A stretch of 64,000 nt of DNA from a virus (IMGVR_UViG_3300006169_000166:4590-68589); one strand, 5' to 3'; counted from the first letter of the stretch, positions 9,194-17,974 are shown. Translations and numbers: made by a program. Notes: generated by a model from the letters alone, not told the origin.

Positions 9194-10160
9194 GTGCCTG
9201 ACGGGCCGGATTGCTAATCCGCTCAGAGTCGCGCCGTACCCGTCAGGCTAGTCGAACCTGGTCAACCGCTCGCTACCCACCCCTGCTTTCCTGACCGCGT
9301 TCCGGCGGCGAGTCCGCAGGGCCTAAGCCTCGTCCGTTGTCGCTCGACTAAACTATGGTCGGAATCGCGGGCTACAACGGGCCTAGCCCTCACCCCATCC
9401 CGACTAGCGCGTGCACACGCCAGCACCGTCTTTCCGGCTGCCAGGCCTGATTTCGCTCTATGCCCGCGTCCGATGAAGCGGTCGGAACCCGCATCCGGCG
9501 TAGGCCCCGGCCCCGATGGGCACGCAAAAACGTTGCACCGAAACTGTGTTTGGAAGGACGGCGTCCGGAGGTCGGGTTCCCCAAGGTTGCGACCCTTAGA
9601 CCTACTGTCGACGCGTCGCCGCCCATTCAAACACAGCCGACAGAGTTTTAGGCCATACAGCCGATTGGGCCGGACAAGTTTTCACGCCTTCTCCGAGGCG
9701 GCTGACGGTATAGCGGATTCTTACCGCTTCTCCCGGCCTTTCAGCCTTCGCGTGTTGCTTTCACACCATTTCACCGTCAGCGGCGGCGGGAGTTGTCCGG
9801 ACGAATGCAGCTCCCGCGGTCTGCATAGATTGACTGGCCGGACACAGCCGCCACCTTGTCCCCGTGGGGTGGCGTAAGCCCGTGTCGCCGCGAAGCGTGG
9901 GGAGGCTCACCTCTTAAACTCATTCGAGGGCTTTCACCTCGCGCCCGATCAGCGCCCGGGACGCTTTCACGGTCTGCGGTGCAACCCTTGCGGGTGTCGT
10001 CCGGGAAGCCCTTCCGCTGCTACAACCCAGACCGAGTCCGGTGGATCTCCGGACGCCCATTTGTGCGGCTCCCCTGTGGCCTCAAGGAGCAGCGCGGAGT
10101 CCCCGTTGCCGGGTGTACCGTGTCGACTAATCTCTCTCCGAGGAGGGAGGGGTGCCATGA
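9190..10160 (-). ncRNA. Candidate large structured ncRNA (~950 nt), family unassigned
   Basis: Dense nested helices, GNRA and UGAAAG loops, G-U pairs and crossing helices on the minus strand; no credible ORF; promoter-like TTGACT at 10195-10200. Confidence 0.7.
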
Positions 10161-10363
10161 CCTACGAATCACCTACTCCGACTCACGCGACTGAGTCAAC
10201 TGTAAAGTGATTGCGCGATTTCGAATGGGTTCGCGCAGCAATTCCTTCCGAACCCAAACCGGACTCGAATTACGGCTGCCGATCGCTACAAATTCCGGAG
10301 TTTTAAAATAGGTTTTGATTCAGAACGCATCCGCTCGGTTTCGCCGCGATCCGGACGCCGGCT

Positions 10364-10678
10364 GGTAACAGGCCCCTCGGCTGTTACCGACCTGTTACCA
10401 GGGCCTGTTACCACAGATTCCGCAGAAATCCGCCGCAAAACGGGATGGTAACAGGTGGAACAGGCATTTTCCTTATAGAGAATGTCGTTTCAGGGGATTC
10501 TGCGCACTTTTCGGCTCGACCAGTGCCTGACCGCAGGGTTCTAAACCTGTAAAACGACAAACTTCTAAGGAAAAGCCTGTTCCACCTGTTACCAGTGACC
10601 TTATCCTTATGATTTCAAACGGAAAAAGCGGTAACAGGTGCCGGTAACAGGCCGGTAACAGGTAAAGGGCCTGTTACC
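10364..10678. repeat. Dyad-symmetric cluster of GGTAACAG(G)/(C)CTGTTACC iterons; candidate replication origin
   Basis: 10 copies plus 2 GGAACAGG variants; ~46-bp imperfect inverted repeat at 10447-10493 / 10547-10593. Confidence 0.75.
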
Positions 10679-10717
10679 AGTCGGCTATGCAGTAACTTGG
10701 CTGATCGGAGGCCCATC

Positions 10718-10993
10718 GTCCCAGGCCGTCCCATAGCGTCCCATGCACTATGTCCTAAGCGAATCTCCGAAAACTCTCGATTTCCGCGGCTCAGCGCCCC
10801 CCGCCCGCCTGCCCAGACGCAGGAAGGACCCGTAAACCAATGACTTAGGCGCTGCAGTTGCCGGCGAGGCTGAGCTGTCGAGATGCCGCGCCGCGCGTCC
10901 CATGTAGTCTCATGCCGTCCCATAGCGTCCCGGATGCACGAAAGCGGCGAGGCGGCCAGTCCCATGCAGTCTCATGCCGTCCCATAGCGTCCG
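10718..10993 (+). repeat. 10-bp-phased GTC(C/T)CAT direct repeats in three blocks
   Basis: Starts at 10718/10728/10738, 10897/10907/10917/10927 and 10959/10969/10979/10989. Confidence 0.8.
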
Positions 10994-11118
10994 CACGCGC
11001 TGCTCGACCTGCCAAGGTTGTTCAAGGCACGCGCTGCTCGACCGGCCAGCTATCCAGTTGCCGGCGCTGCCAAGCCGGCTCGAGGCGGGCAAAACTACTC
11101 CCTCGAAACGAGTCCCGG

Positions 11119-11157
11119 TCAACTTTTAGTTGACTTGCTGCCCCGAATCGCTAGTGT
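11119..11157 (+). promoter_or_regulatory. Early rightward sigma70-type promoter with overlapping palindromic operator
   Basis: TTGACT-N16-TAGTGT; TCAA-N7-TTGA overlaps the -35 box. Confidence 0.65.
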
Positions 11158-11185
11158 CGAATCAACAGATACGGAGTGATTCGAA

Positions 11186-11296
11186 ATGCAGATTGTCCGC
11201 ACCGCCACCGCCACCGCCCCGAGCACCAGCCAGGCTCAGCGCGACTGGTACGCCCGCTTTCAGATTGCCGCCGCGCTCGCCGCAGCTGGCCGCTGA
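11186..11296 (+). CDS. Small early peptide (36 aa)
   Basis: GGAG RBS; MQIVRTATATAP...AGR read manually; first ORF after the promoter. Confidence 0.45.
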   Translation: MQIVRTATATAPSTSQAQRDWYARFQIAAALAAAGR

Positions 11297-11326
11297 TCCG
11301 AAGTCACTAAACAGGGGACCGACAAG

Positions 11327-11593
11327 ATGACGGAGCCGCTAACAGAATGGAATGTCCGCAAGGGCGAAGCGCTCCGCGTGCGCTTCGGGTCGACCGGAAG
11401 CCAATATGCTGTGTGTATCGGCCACAACCGCAACGACCGCCCGATGATTGTCAAATGGTCGGGACGCTCCCGCAAGTGGAGCAAGCCCATGCGACTAGAT
11501 GACTCAATCATCGTCGGTCGGGCGGGCCTTTCCGACTGGTCGGGGCAAGGCGAGCCGCAAGTGCCGCATAGCCTGATGGAGCGCTACAAGTGA
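11327..11593 (+). CDS. Hypothetical early protein
   Basis: RBS, operon context. Confidence 0.65.
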   Translation: MTEPLTEWNVRKGEALRVRFGSTGSQYAVCIGHNRNDRPMIVKWSGRSRKWSKPMRLDDSIIVGRAGLSDWSGQGEPQVPHSLMERYK

Positions 11594-11823
11594 CCGACGC
11601 CACCGCCATGCTGGAGCGCCTAGCCGCCGCGCCAAAGCCGTTCGCCGCCGTGCTGCGGTACAACGACGGAACCGAGCAACGCATTGCTCAGCCGCGCCGC
11701 GAACAGGCCGAGCGCATCGCCGCCCGATATGCGGGCAAGGAAGGCGAGATGTTCCAAATCCGCAACGCCGATCTGACCGTCCGTTGGGCGAAGCTGGTCA
11801 GCGTTACAGTCGAGGGGAATTGA
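11590..11823 (+). CDS. Hypothetical early protein
   Basis: GTGA overlap. Confidence 0.65.
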   Translation: MTDATAMLERLAAAPKPFAAVLRYNDGTEQRIAQPRREQAERIAARYAGKEGEMFQIRNADLTVRWAKLVSVTVEGN

Positions 11824-11826
11824 GTG

Positions 11827-12135
11827 ATGCCGCGTTACGTTAAGGGAAACGAGTTGCCACCTGCGCTGCAGCGCGCCGCGTTTGCCGCCTATGTGCATCG
11901 CTTCACCATGGAGCACGTTCCCGATTGGGCGCGCCGTCGGCCCTGCGATAGTGGCGGAACTGAGACCCGCTACTATGCGCCGCAATACCGCTCCGATGCG
12001 GAGTGGCTGGCTAACACCCAATTTCCGGTCACTGCTCGCGGGCGATTGTCTGAGCGCCCGAGCGATTGCCGCTCAGCAGGTCAGACTTGGCCGCTTGGGC
12101 AGTGGCTGGAGCAACCTTACCGGAAGGGGAACTGA
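11827..12135 (+). CDS. Hypothetical early protein
   Basis: GGGGAATTGA RBS cassette. Confidence 0.7.
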   Translation: MPRYVKGNELPPALQRAAFAAYVHRFTMEHVPDWARRRPCDSGGTETRYYAPQYRSDAEWLANTQFPVTARGRLSERPSDCRSAGQTWPLGQWLEQPYRKGN

Positions 12136-12136
12136 G

Positions 12137-12580
12137 ATGCCACGGCAAGCGACCATCAACAGGGCACGCGCCGAGCGCGCCGCCCGCGCGCTGAAGGCGC
12201 AGCGCTATTGGGATTGCGGCGAGTCCTACGCCGTCGCGGACTTGCTTTGCGACCTGCAGCATCTTTGCGACCGCGAACGCTGGGATTTTGCCGAGCTGCT
12301 CGACAGCGGGTCGAACCACTACGCCAATGAACGAACGCCAGACGACATAGAGGAAAGCGCGCGGGCGATGCACCGGCGCGGGGATTATCCGATTATCGCC
12401 GAGGAAAATCTCGACTCACTGCGGCTGCAGGCCGTCCGCGCGATCCTGCGTAACGATAGCGGCGGTTTCGACTGCCTGGGCGATCAGATTGATGCGGCAT
12501 TGTCGGCAATAGACGACGCCGACGAGTCCGGATTGCGAGCGATTATCGCGGCTGCCGATGCCGCCCCGAAGGGGAATTGA
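12137..12580 (+). CDS. Hypothetical early protein
   Basis: RBS cassette; ADLLCDLQHLCD motif typical of small phage proteins. Confidence 0.7.
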   Translation: MPRQATINRARAERAARALKAQRYWDCGESYAVADLLCDLQHLCDRERWDFAELLDSGSNHYANERTPDDIEESARAMHRRGDYPIIAEENLDSLRLQAVRAILRNDSGGFDCLGDQIDAALSAIDDADESGLRAIIAAADAAPKGN

Positions 12581-12581
12581 G

Positions 12582-12914
12582 ATGACCGACCGGCAAGCCA
12601 CGTTCCGCCAAGGCCTCGCCATCCATGCGCGGCTCGAGCAAGCGGAGAAAGCTGCGTCCGCACGGTTGCGCGCAATTCCAGGAGTCGGCTCCGGCCGCAT
12701 GGGATTGACGCCCGATCACGTCCGCGCGTCGGCCGAGTTCAAACAGGCCAAGGCCGCGCACGTCCAGGCCGCAGCGCAGCTGGCTCAATTCAATGGCCGC
12801 TTCTGCAAGCTGTTCGCCACCGAGCTTCGCGAGGAGCGCGACCGCCGCCGGCATGAACGGTTCGACGGGGCGCGGGTAAACGGGGAAACCGGCAAGGCGG
12901 AGATTTGGCTATGA
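12582..12914 (+). CDS. Hypothetical early protein
   Basis: RBS cassette. Confidence 0.7.
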   Translation: MTDRQATFRQGLAIHARLEQAEKAASARLRAIPGVGSGRMGLTPDHVRASAEFKQAKAAHVQAAAQLAQFNGRFCKLFATELREERDRRRHERFDGARVNGETGKAEIWL

Positions 12915-13096
12915 AAACGGAGCACGAGCGACTCGATGAGATTGCGGCCGAGCACGAGCGTCAGGCGCGAAGCCTGGATGAAATCAAGGCGGGTCGATTC
13001 TTCACTATCGGCGACGAGACGGAAGCAAGGCGGTCGACCGCCGCGCACCGCCGAGCCGCCGCGATTATCCGCCATCAGATCGAATGCGAGGCCTGA
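12911..13096 (+). CDS. Hypothetical protein
   Basis: ATGA overlap. Confidence 0.55.
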   Translation: MKTEHERLDEIAAEHERQARSLDEIKAGRFFTIGDETEARRSTAAHRRAAAIIRHQIECEA

Positions 13097-13097
13097 G

Positions 13098-13475
13098 ATG
13101 GTCGACCTGGGCCTCGGCGTCCCCGCCACGCTTGGACGCGGCAACTATCGCGATAACAAGACGGTCGTGCTTGCCGACGTTTGTCGGGAGTTAGAAATCG
13201 TCAACGCAAGCGATGCGGCGAGCAGGCTGGATGACGACGAAAAGGATAACATCGGCATTACCGATGCTATCGGTCGGAAGCGTCCGACAGCGCCCCTCAA
13301 AGGCCTGGTGGCACGACGCCGCCGCCGCGACATCACGCAGGCTGAGGCCGGCAGCTGGATCGGCATGAGCAAGCAACAGATGAGCATGGTCGAATCCGGC
13401 CGGGCCCGCCTCGATCTGAAGCGCGGGCGGATCCTCGCCGAGCGCCTGGGCTGCACGATGGAGGAATTGCTGTGA
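13098..13475 (+). CDS. Bro-N fragment fused to an XRE HTH
   Basis: LADVCRELEIVNASDAASRLDDDEK (Bro-N-like) then ITQAEAGSWIGMSKQQMSMVESG (XRE). Confidence 0.65.
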   Translation: MVDLGLGVPATLGRGNYRDNKTVVLADVCRELEIVNASDAASRLDDDEKDNIGITDAIGRKRPTAPLKGLVARRRRRDITQAEAGSWIGMSKQQMSMVESGRARLDLKRGRILAERLGCTMEELL

Positions 13476-13621
13476 TGCGACTCATAGGCGAGAACGAAAA
13501 GGCGCGAGCGCTCGGCTATCTCGACGGGCGTGCCGGAAGGCCGAGCGACTGCGGGTCGATTCCCTGGGCGCAATTAAACGCATATAACGCAGGTTTTCGA
13601 GACGGTACGCAACTTCTTAAG

Positions 13622-13666
13622 TCAACTAAGAGTTGACCCGATGCGAGCGAATCACTAAAGACATGA
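13622..13666 (+). promoter_or_regulatory. Promoter with two palindromic sites
   Basis: TCAA-N7-TTGA over TTGACC (-35); N17 then TAAAGA inside TCAC-N7-ATGA. Confidence 0.6.
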
Positions 13667-13805
13667 GTCGCGATATCGGCCGGGATCGGTAGGGCGCGGA
13701 ACGCTCCAGCCTCGAACGGGGGCGGAGAGAACCGAACAGGGGAAGTAGGGTGCCGCGTCCTTCCCGTCCCGGTCGGAACGTGAGTCACTAAACAGGGGAA
13801 TTGAG

Positions 13806-14477
13806 ATGTTGAACGCACGCCGCAGTCCCTATCAGACTCATTATTTCGATGCCCCGTCCGGCGTCACTTTCCGGCTTGTGCTGAGCAGGGCCACTTACAG
13901 CGTCGCCGCCTTCGATCGCGACGGTCGCCGGATTTATTGGAGCGGTCGCCATTGGGGCGCTTCGCTAACCGATGCCCTATCTGCCGCCTGCTACCACGGC
14001 GAACCCCTAATGGCGGCGTCGGCAATCTGGTTTCTGTTCGGGCGGATCGACTATTATCGCGACCGCCCCGGCATACTCGACCTTTGGGCAGCTGCGATTT
14101 ACCGCGGCGAGCCGGCGGGCGTCACCCATGAACGATTCGCCCCCTACCGTGAAGCAATGAAGCGGGCGCGCGAACTACGGTTCGGCCCCGGTCATCGGCA
14201 AGCGATAGCCGAAGCGGAGGCCTTGGCGGAGAAACTGGCGCGGGAGTCCGTCGACTGGAACGCCGAACGCCTGGCGGCGGCGAGGAAAGCCGCGGTCCTG
14301 CGATGCGTCCGGACATCTTCGGTTCAACCGATTCATATCGACGCCAAGGATACCGTGGAACGTCGCGCTTATCCGCCAGCGCCACCGGGAACGGTCGACG
14401 CGCTGATTGCCGAGGGCGCGCTGCGCATGACCCGCAATACCCGAGGCCAACCTGCCTTCGAAGCGGCGGCGGCATGA
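13806..14477 (+). CDS. Hypothetical protein
   Basis: RBS cassette, 223 aa. Confidence 0.7.
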   Translation: MLNARRSPYQTHYFDAPSGVTFRLVLSRATYSVAAFDRDGRRIYWSGRHWGASLTDALSAACYHGEPLMAASAIWFLFGRIDYYRDRPGILDLWAAAIYRGEPAGVTHERFAPYREAMKRARELRFGPGHRQAIAEAEALAEKLARESVDWNAERLAAARKAAVLRCVRTSSVQPIHIDAKDTVERRAYPPAPPGTVDALIAEGALRMTRNTRGQPAFEAAAA

Positions 14478-14773
14478 CACGCCGTCACCTTACTGCCTCC
14501 GGGCGCTTCGAGGTTGTCCGCCAGAACGACGACCCGGGTTTCGAATTGCGCCACGTCGCCAGCGGCCTTCGTTGCGGCAGCTTCTCCCATATCGCCGTGC
14601 GAACCTTCAAGGCAGCCGTCGAGGGAGTCGAGGAAGCCGAGGCGCGGCTTACAGCGACGCAACTCGAAACGATCGACCGGACTAGCGACGCATCTCCCGC
14701 GCGGCACACCGCACTGGCAAACTTTGCCTGGTCGCTCCGGCAATCATTCCCGGACGGCGCATGGAGCCGCTGA
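14474..14773 (+). CDS. Hypothetical protein
   Basis: ATGA overlap. Confidence 0.6.
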   Translation: MTRRHLTASGRFEVVRQNDDPGFELRHVASGLRCGSFSHIAVRTFKAAVEGVEEAEARLTATQLETIDRTSDASPARHTALANFAWSLRQSFPDGAWSR

Positions 14774-14774
14774 G

Positions 14775-15041
14775 ATGACGCCCTACCATCGCCGCAAGCT
14801 GGCAACCTCCGGCGTCGAATATAGCAGGGCTGAGTCCGATCTCCTGCATCGCTTCGGAGCTGCGGCCTATCGCCTCTGTTTCGAGAGCCGCGACGAAGGG
14901 CAACGCATTCGCGTCCATATCCGCGACGGACAGGAGTCGTTCGTCCGGCAACACGCTGGCGACGCTGCTGTCGACCGCTGGTTAGCGGCGCGCGCGGAGG
15001 TCGACCGCCTTGAGGAACGCACGGAAGGAGTCACGGCATGA
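14775..15041 (+). CDS. Hypothetical protein
   Basis: Tight operon spacing. Confidence 0.55.
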   Translation: MTPYHRRKLATSGVEYSRAESDLLHRFGAAAYRLCFESRDEGQRIRVHIRDGQESFVRQHAGDAAVDRWLAARAEVDRLEERTEGVTA

Positions 15042-15316
15042 AGCTGAAAATTGACCGCGTCCGCTATCATCGGAACGGCTGCATGGGCGCCGGTTTCGAT
15101 TTGGTGGAGTTCCGCTACCGCCTGCAAGGCGAGAGGCGCGAACGGCGCCTGGTCGCAGCTGTGTTCGAGGAAGCCGGAAACTGCGCCGTTATCGAGCCAG
15201 CCAACCTGCTGAACAAGTGGCGCGGCGACGACTTCGAGCCGGCGCTCCGCGCCGCGATCGCCACCGCGCACCGCGAAAATAAGGACGTTTTCAGCCGCGA
15301 CGGCGCCGACAACTAA
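15038..15316 (+). CDS. Hypothetical protein
   Basis: GGAG RBS; YHRNG motif. Confidence 0.65.
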   Translation: MKLKIDRVRYHRNGCMGAGFDLVEFRYRLQGERRERRLVAAVFEEAGNCAVIEPANLLNKWRGDDFEPALRAAIATAHRENKDVFSRDGADN

Positions 15317-15342
15317 CCGAATCACTAAACAGGGGAATTGAA

Positions 15343-16062
15343 ATGTCCGAACAGGGAAAACTTACGGCTCCGCCGCACGGCCTGAGTCTGCAATTTGTCA
15401 CGGCCGAGGCGATGCACGTCGACTGGCGCGAACTGTACCAGAACGGCGACGAATATGACGTTGCGCTGCCGCCAGTGACCTATGCCGATGTCGCGGAGCG
15501 CGCGCCTGACCTCATGGAGGAATGGAATCGCGTCGCGGTTGAGGAAACCGGCAGCGACTACGACCCCGCCGCCGAGCTCGACGAAGAACACCTGGACGAG
15601 TTCCGGCAGACGCAGGGCTATGACGAATGGGCCGACCAATATCAGCCCGCGATGAACTACGCATGGCCGGTCTCACTAGCATATGGCGGCCCCTCTGCCG
15701 AGGAAGCCGCGCGGCTGATCGACCTGTACGCCGGAGCCTGCACGCTGATTAGCTTTGCCGACGGCTCCAACCCGTTCGGGGAAGACTCGGACGCGCCGGA
15801 ATATGCAATCGCGCTGACCGGCGGCGGCATGGACCTGAGCGACCATATTGCGGTCGCCTACCTCTGCTGCGGTTGCGTGCCGCCCGAGCGCATCCTCAGC
15901 GGCCTGGACAATTTCACCGGCTGCAATCGCAGCGGGAAGCTGAGCGCCGCGGCAGACCTGCTGCGCGACGCCTATGCCCGCGCCGCCGAATATTTCCGCA
16001 ATCGCGCCAGCCGCCTCGAGGAGATGACGGGGCGGCTCGAACTTCGCGGGGAGGACGCGTGA
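15343..16062 (+). CDS. Acidic hypothetical protein
   Basis: RBS cassette; PAMNYAWP and ALTGGGMDLS motifs. Confidence 0.75.
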   Translation: MSEQGKLTAPPHGLSLQFVTAEAMHVDWRELYQNGDEYDVALPPVTYADVAERAPDLMEEWNRVAVEETGSDYDPAAELDEEHLDEFRQTQGYDEWADQYQPAMNYAWPVSLAYGGPSAEEAARLIDLYAGACTLISFADGSNPFGEDSDAPEYAIALTGGGMDLSDHIAVAYLCCGCVPPERILSGLDNFTGCNRSGKLSAAADLLRDAYARAAEYFRNRASRLEEMTGRLELRGEDA

Positions 16063-16718
16063 TGAAGCATTCACGCATAAAGCCGGGCGAGCTCGACGAG
16101 CGGAAGAAAGCCGACCGGGCAAAGATGGCCGCGGCCGTCATCGAGCTAGCCGAGTCGATGGGCGCAACGGTTGAGGTGGAGCGGGAACAGCCCGGCCACC
16201 CGTACAAGGCCCGGCGCATCTCTTTGACGATCCGCACGCCCGGCGGCGCCTATCTGCCGGCGGAGTTCGACGGGGACAGCTGCCAGCCCGGAGTTCACGT
16301 CTGGTGCTGGAACACCGAGCTAGACTCGCTTTTCGCATTCTCTGGCGCAATGGGAGACGTGAACCCGCACCACTTCGCCAAGGCTCAGCGGGTCTGGTAC
16401 GGACTCGAGGAAGTGTTATTCCATCTGCGTCGCGACCTTGAAGCGCTGATGAGCGGTCGCGGCTATTCGGTCGACCGGGCGCGGAAATTGGCAGAGGGGC
16501 GGCGCAAGTCGCTAACCGATGCCAGCGACTATTTGGCGCCCATTGTCGCCGCCGGCGAAGGCACCACCTGGAACGACGGCACCGAATGCCAGTCGGCGGA
16601 GCAAGTGCGCGAGAACTTCGAACGTATCCCCACCTTAATTGCGGAGACGGACTCGTTCATCGCTGCAGGTTGCCCGATGGAAGGTGCGCAAATGTCCCGC
16701 CGTCGTCTTTTCGGATAA
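16062..16718 (+). CDS. Hypothetical protein
   Basis: TGATG overlap. Confidence 0.7.
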   Translation: MKHSRIKPGELDERKKADRAKMAAAVIELAESMGATVEVEREQPGHPYKARRISLTIRTPGGAYLPAEFDGDSCQPGVHVWCWNTELDSLFAFSGAMGDVNPHHFAKAQRVWYGLEEVLFHLRRDLEALMSGRGYSVDRARKLAEGRRKSLTDASDYLAPIVAAGEGTTWNDGTECQSAEQVRENFERIPTLIAETDSFIAAGCPMEGAQMSRRRLFG

Positions 16719-16727
16719 GGAGCGCCC

Positions 16728-16904
16728 ATGACCGTACTCCTGATCATGCTCGCCCTGGTCGTCGGGCTTTCAATTATGTCGAGCGACAAGGCGGGCCGGG
16801 CGGCCGCGCGCAAACGGCTCGCCCGCTATAACCCGATCTTTGCGGCCGCTGCGGCGATCGGCTGGCTCATGCTCGCGGCCATCATGTTCGGCCCGCGCCG
16901 CTGA
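16728..16904 (+). CDS. Small two-TM membrane protein
   Basis: AAGGAG RBS; two hydrophobic segments; read manually. Confidence 0.6.
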   Translation: MTVLLIMLALVVGLSIMSSDKAGRAAARKRLARYNPIFAAAAAIGWLMLAAIMFGPRR

Positions 16905-16928
16905 GCGCCGCCGACTCCGGACATTGCA

Positions 16929-16971
16929 GGGGCGCTCCTCGCCGGGCGCTCCTCGCCGGGCGCCCCTTTTT
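16929..16971 (+). terminator. Rho-independent terminator
   Basis: GGGGCGC/GCGCCCC stem plus T5; loop carries a tandem GCGCTCCTCGCCGG duplication. Confidence 0.7.
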
Positions 16972-17034
16972 CGTGCGTAACCGGCCTTTAACCGGAGCAG
17001 GCGCATCATGGGCGCCGTTCAACGGGGGACGCCC

Positions 17035-17484
17035 ATGCGCACGATCATCACCGCAACCCTGGCCGCGCTCGCCGGCGCGCTGCTGACGGCCTTTATCCTG
17101 GCCGGCCGGACGTCGGCCGATGCCGCCGCCGCGCCTGTGGCGGCTGCAACCGCCCCGGATCCGTTCGCAACTGTGCGGGCGGCCGTTGGCGCAAGACTGC
17201 GGGATCCCGACTCCGCGCGCTTCGGCGAGTTCCGCCGCGGCACGGCCGGCGCCACCTGTGGCGCAGTCAACGCGCGCAACGGCTTCGGCGGCTATACCGG
17301 ACTACAGCCTTTCGTCCTGCCGCCGGCGGGACCGCTCTACCTCTATGACGAAAGCCTGCCGTGGATCGAGCGCGGCCGCCTCGCCGCGCGCCTCGAACAA
17401 TGGGGCTGCCCGGTCGCCGGCGATGCCGCCGACGCGCTGCGCGCGCATCGGGCGCGCGAGCGTTTCTACGCCGAACGCCGCTAG
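17035..17484 (+). CDS. Exported/membrane-anchored protein with DPDSARF and CGAVNARNGFGGYTG motifs
   Basis: N-terminal hydrophobic signal; motif pattern of a common moron-type exported family. Confidence 0.7.
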   Translation: MRTIITATLAALAGALLTAFILAGRTSADAAAAPVAAATAPDPFATVRAAVGARLRDPDSARFGEFRRGTAGATCGAVNARNGFGGYTGLQPFVLPPAGPLYLYDESLPWIERGRLAARLEQWGCPVAGDAADALRAHRARERFYAERR

Positions 17485-17749
17485 GCGCCGGAGAAATCGG
17501 CAGGCCGGAGAAATCGGGGAAATCGAAGGCCGAGGACCGCCGGCAGGCGGGGTAACAGGGGGAAACCCCGCGCCGCCGGCGGTCAGGTTCGCAGCACGGG
17601 GGCATGTGCTGCTTTCGGCGACTCGGACAATCGGCGATTCGACCCGCAGAGTCAACCGTTGATATGGTTACTCACGTTTCGGTTGACTCCTCCGCGTGAT
17701 TGCGACAGGTTCCGCTCCACTGATTCGGCAAGAACAGGGAGTGAGAGAA

Positions 17750-17974
17750 ATGACGTTCGACCCCGGAGAAATGGGCTATCATGTGCCCTACCGCGACGGC
17801 GAGGCGAACCATTGCCCCGGCTGCGGCCGCACGCACTGGCTGATCGGGCGGGTGTCGGCGGAGTGTGCGTTCTGCACGACTGCCCTGCCGCTCGTCGAGG
17901 CCACAAGCCGCATGCACATGCGCCCGGTCATCTTCCGGCGTCATAATTCGACGCGCCTGCTCGAGGCCGCGTGA
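17750..17974 (+). CDS. Zinc-ribbon protein
   Basis: CPGCG and CAFC; promoter TTGACT at 17683 with operator. Confidence 0.65.
   Translation: MTFDPGEMGYHVPYRDGEANHCPGCGRTHWLIGRVSAECAFCTTALPLVEATSRMHMRPVIFRRHNSTRLLEAA

Noticed and set aside
9205-9225. GGATTGCTAATCC hairpin resembling a tRNA-Ser(GCT) anticodon arm
   Set aside because: No acceptor, D or T arms in cloverleaf order on the plus strand; better explained as part of the minus-strand ncRNA terminal stem
9190-10160. Group II or group I intron
   Set aside because: No domain V (AGC triad) or GUGYG start recognised, no RT/homing ORF, and no interrupted gene; a profile search is still needed to exclude it
10498-10507. TTCTGCGCAC resembling my recollection of the chi cohesive end
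   Set aside because: Short match recalled from memory and not verifiable here; needs terminus sequencing
10364-10993. CRISPR array
   Set aside because: Repeats are 7-10 bp in mixed orientation without uniform unique spacers; no cas operon (DUF2800 is a normal phage replication nuclease)
17551-17559. Isolated GGTAACAGG iteron copy
   Set aside because: A single 9-mer can occur by chance; no cluster
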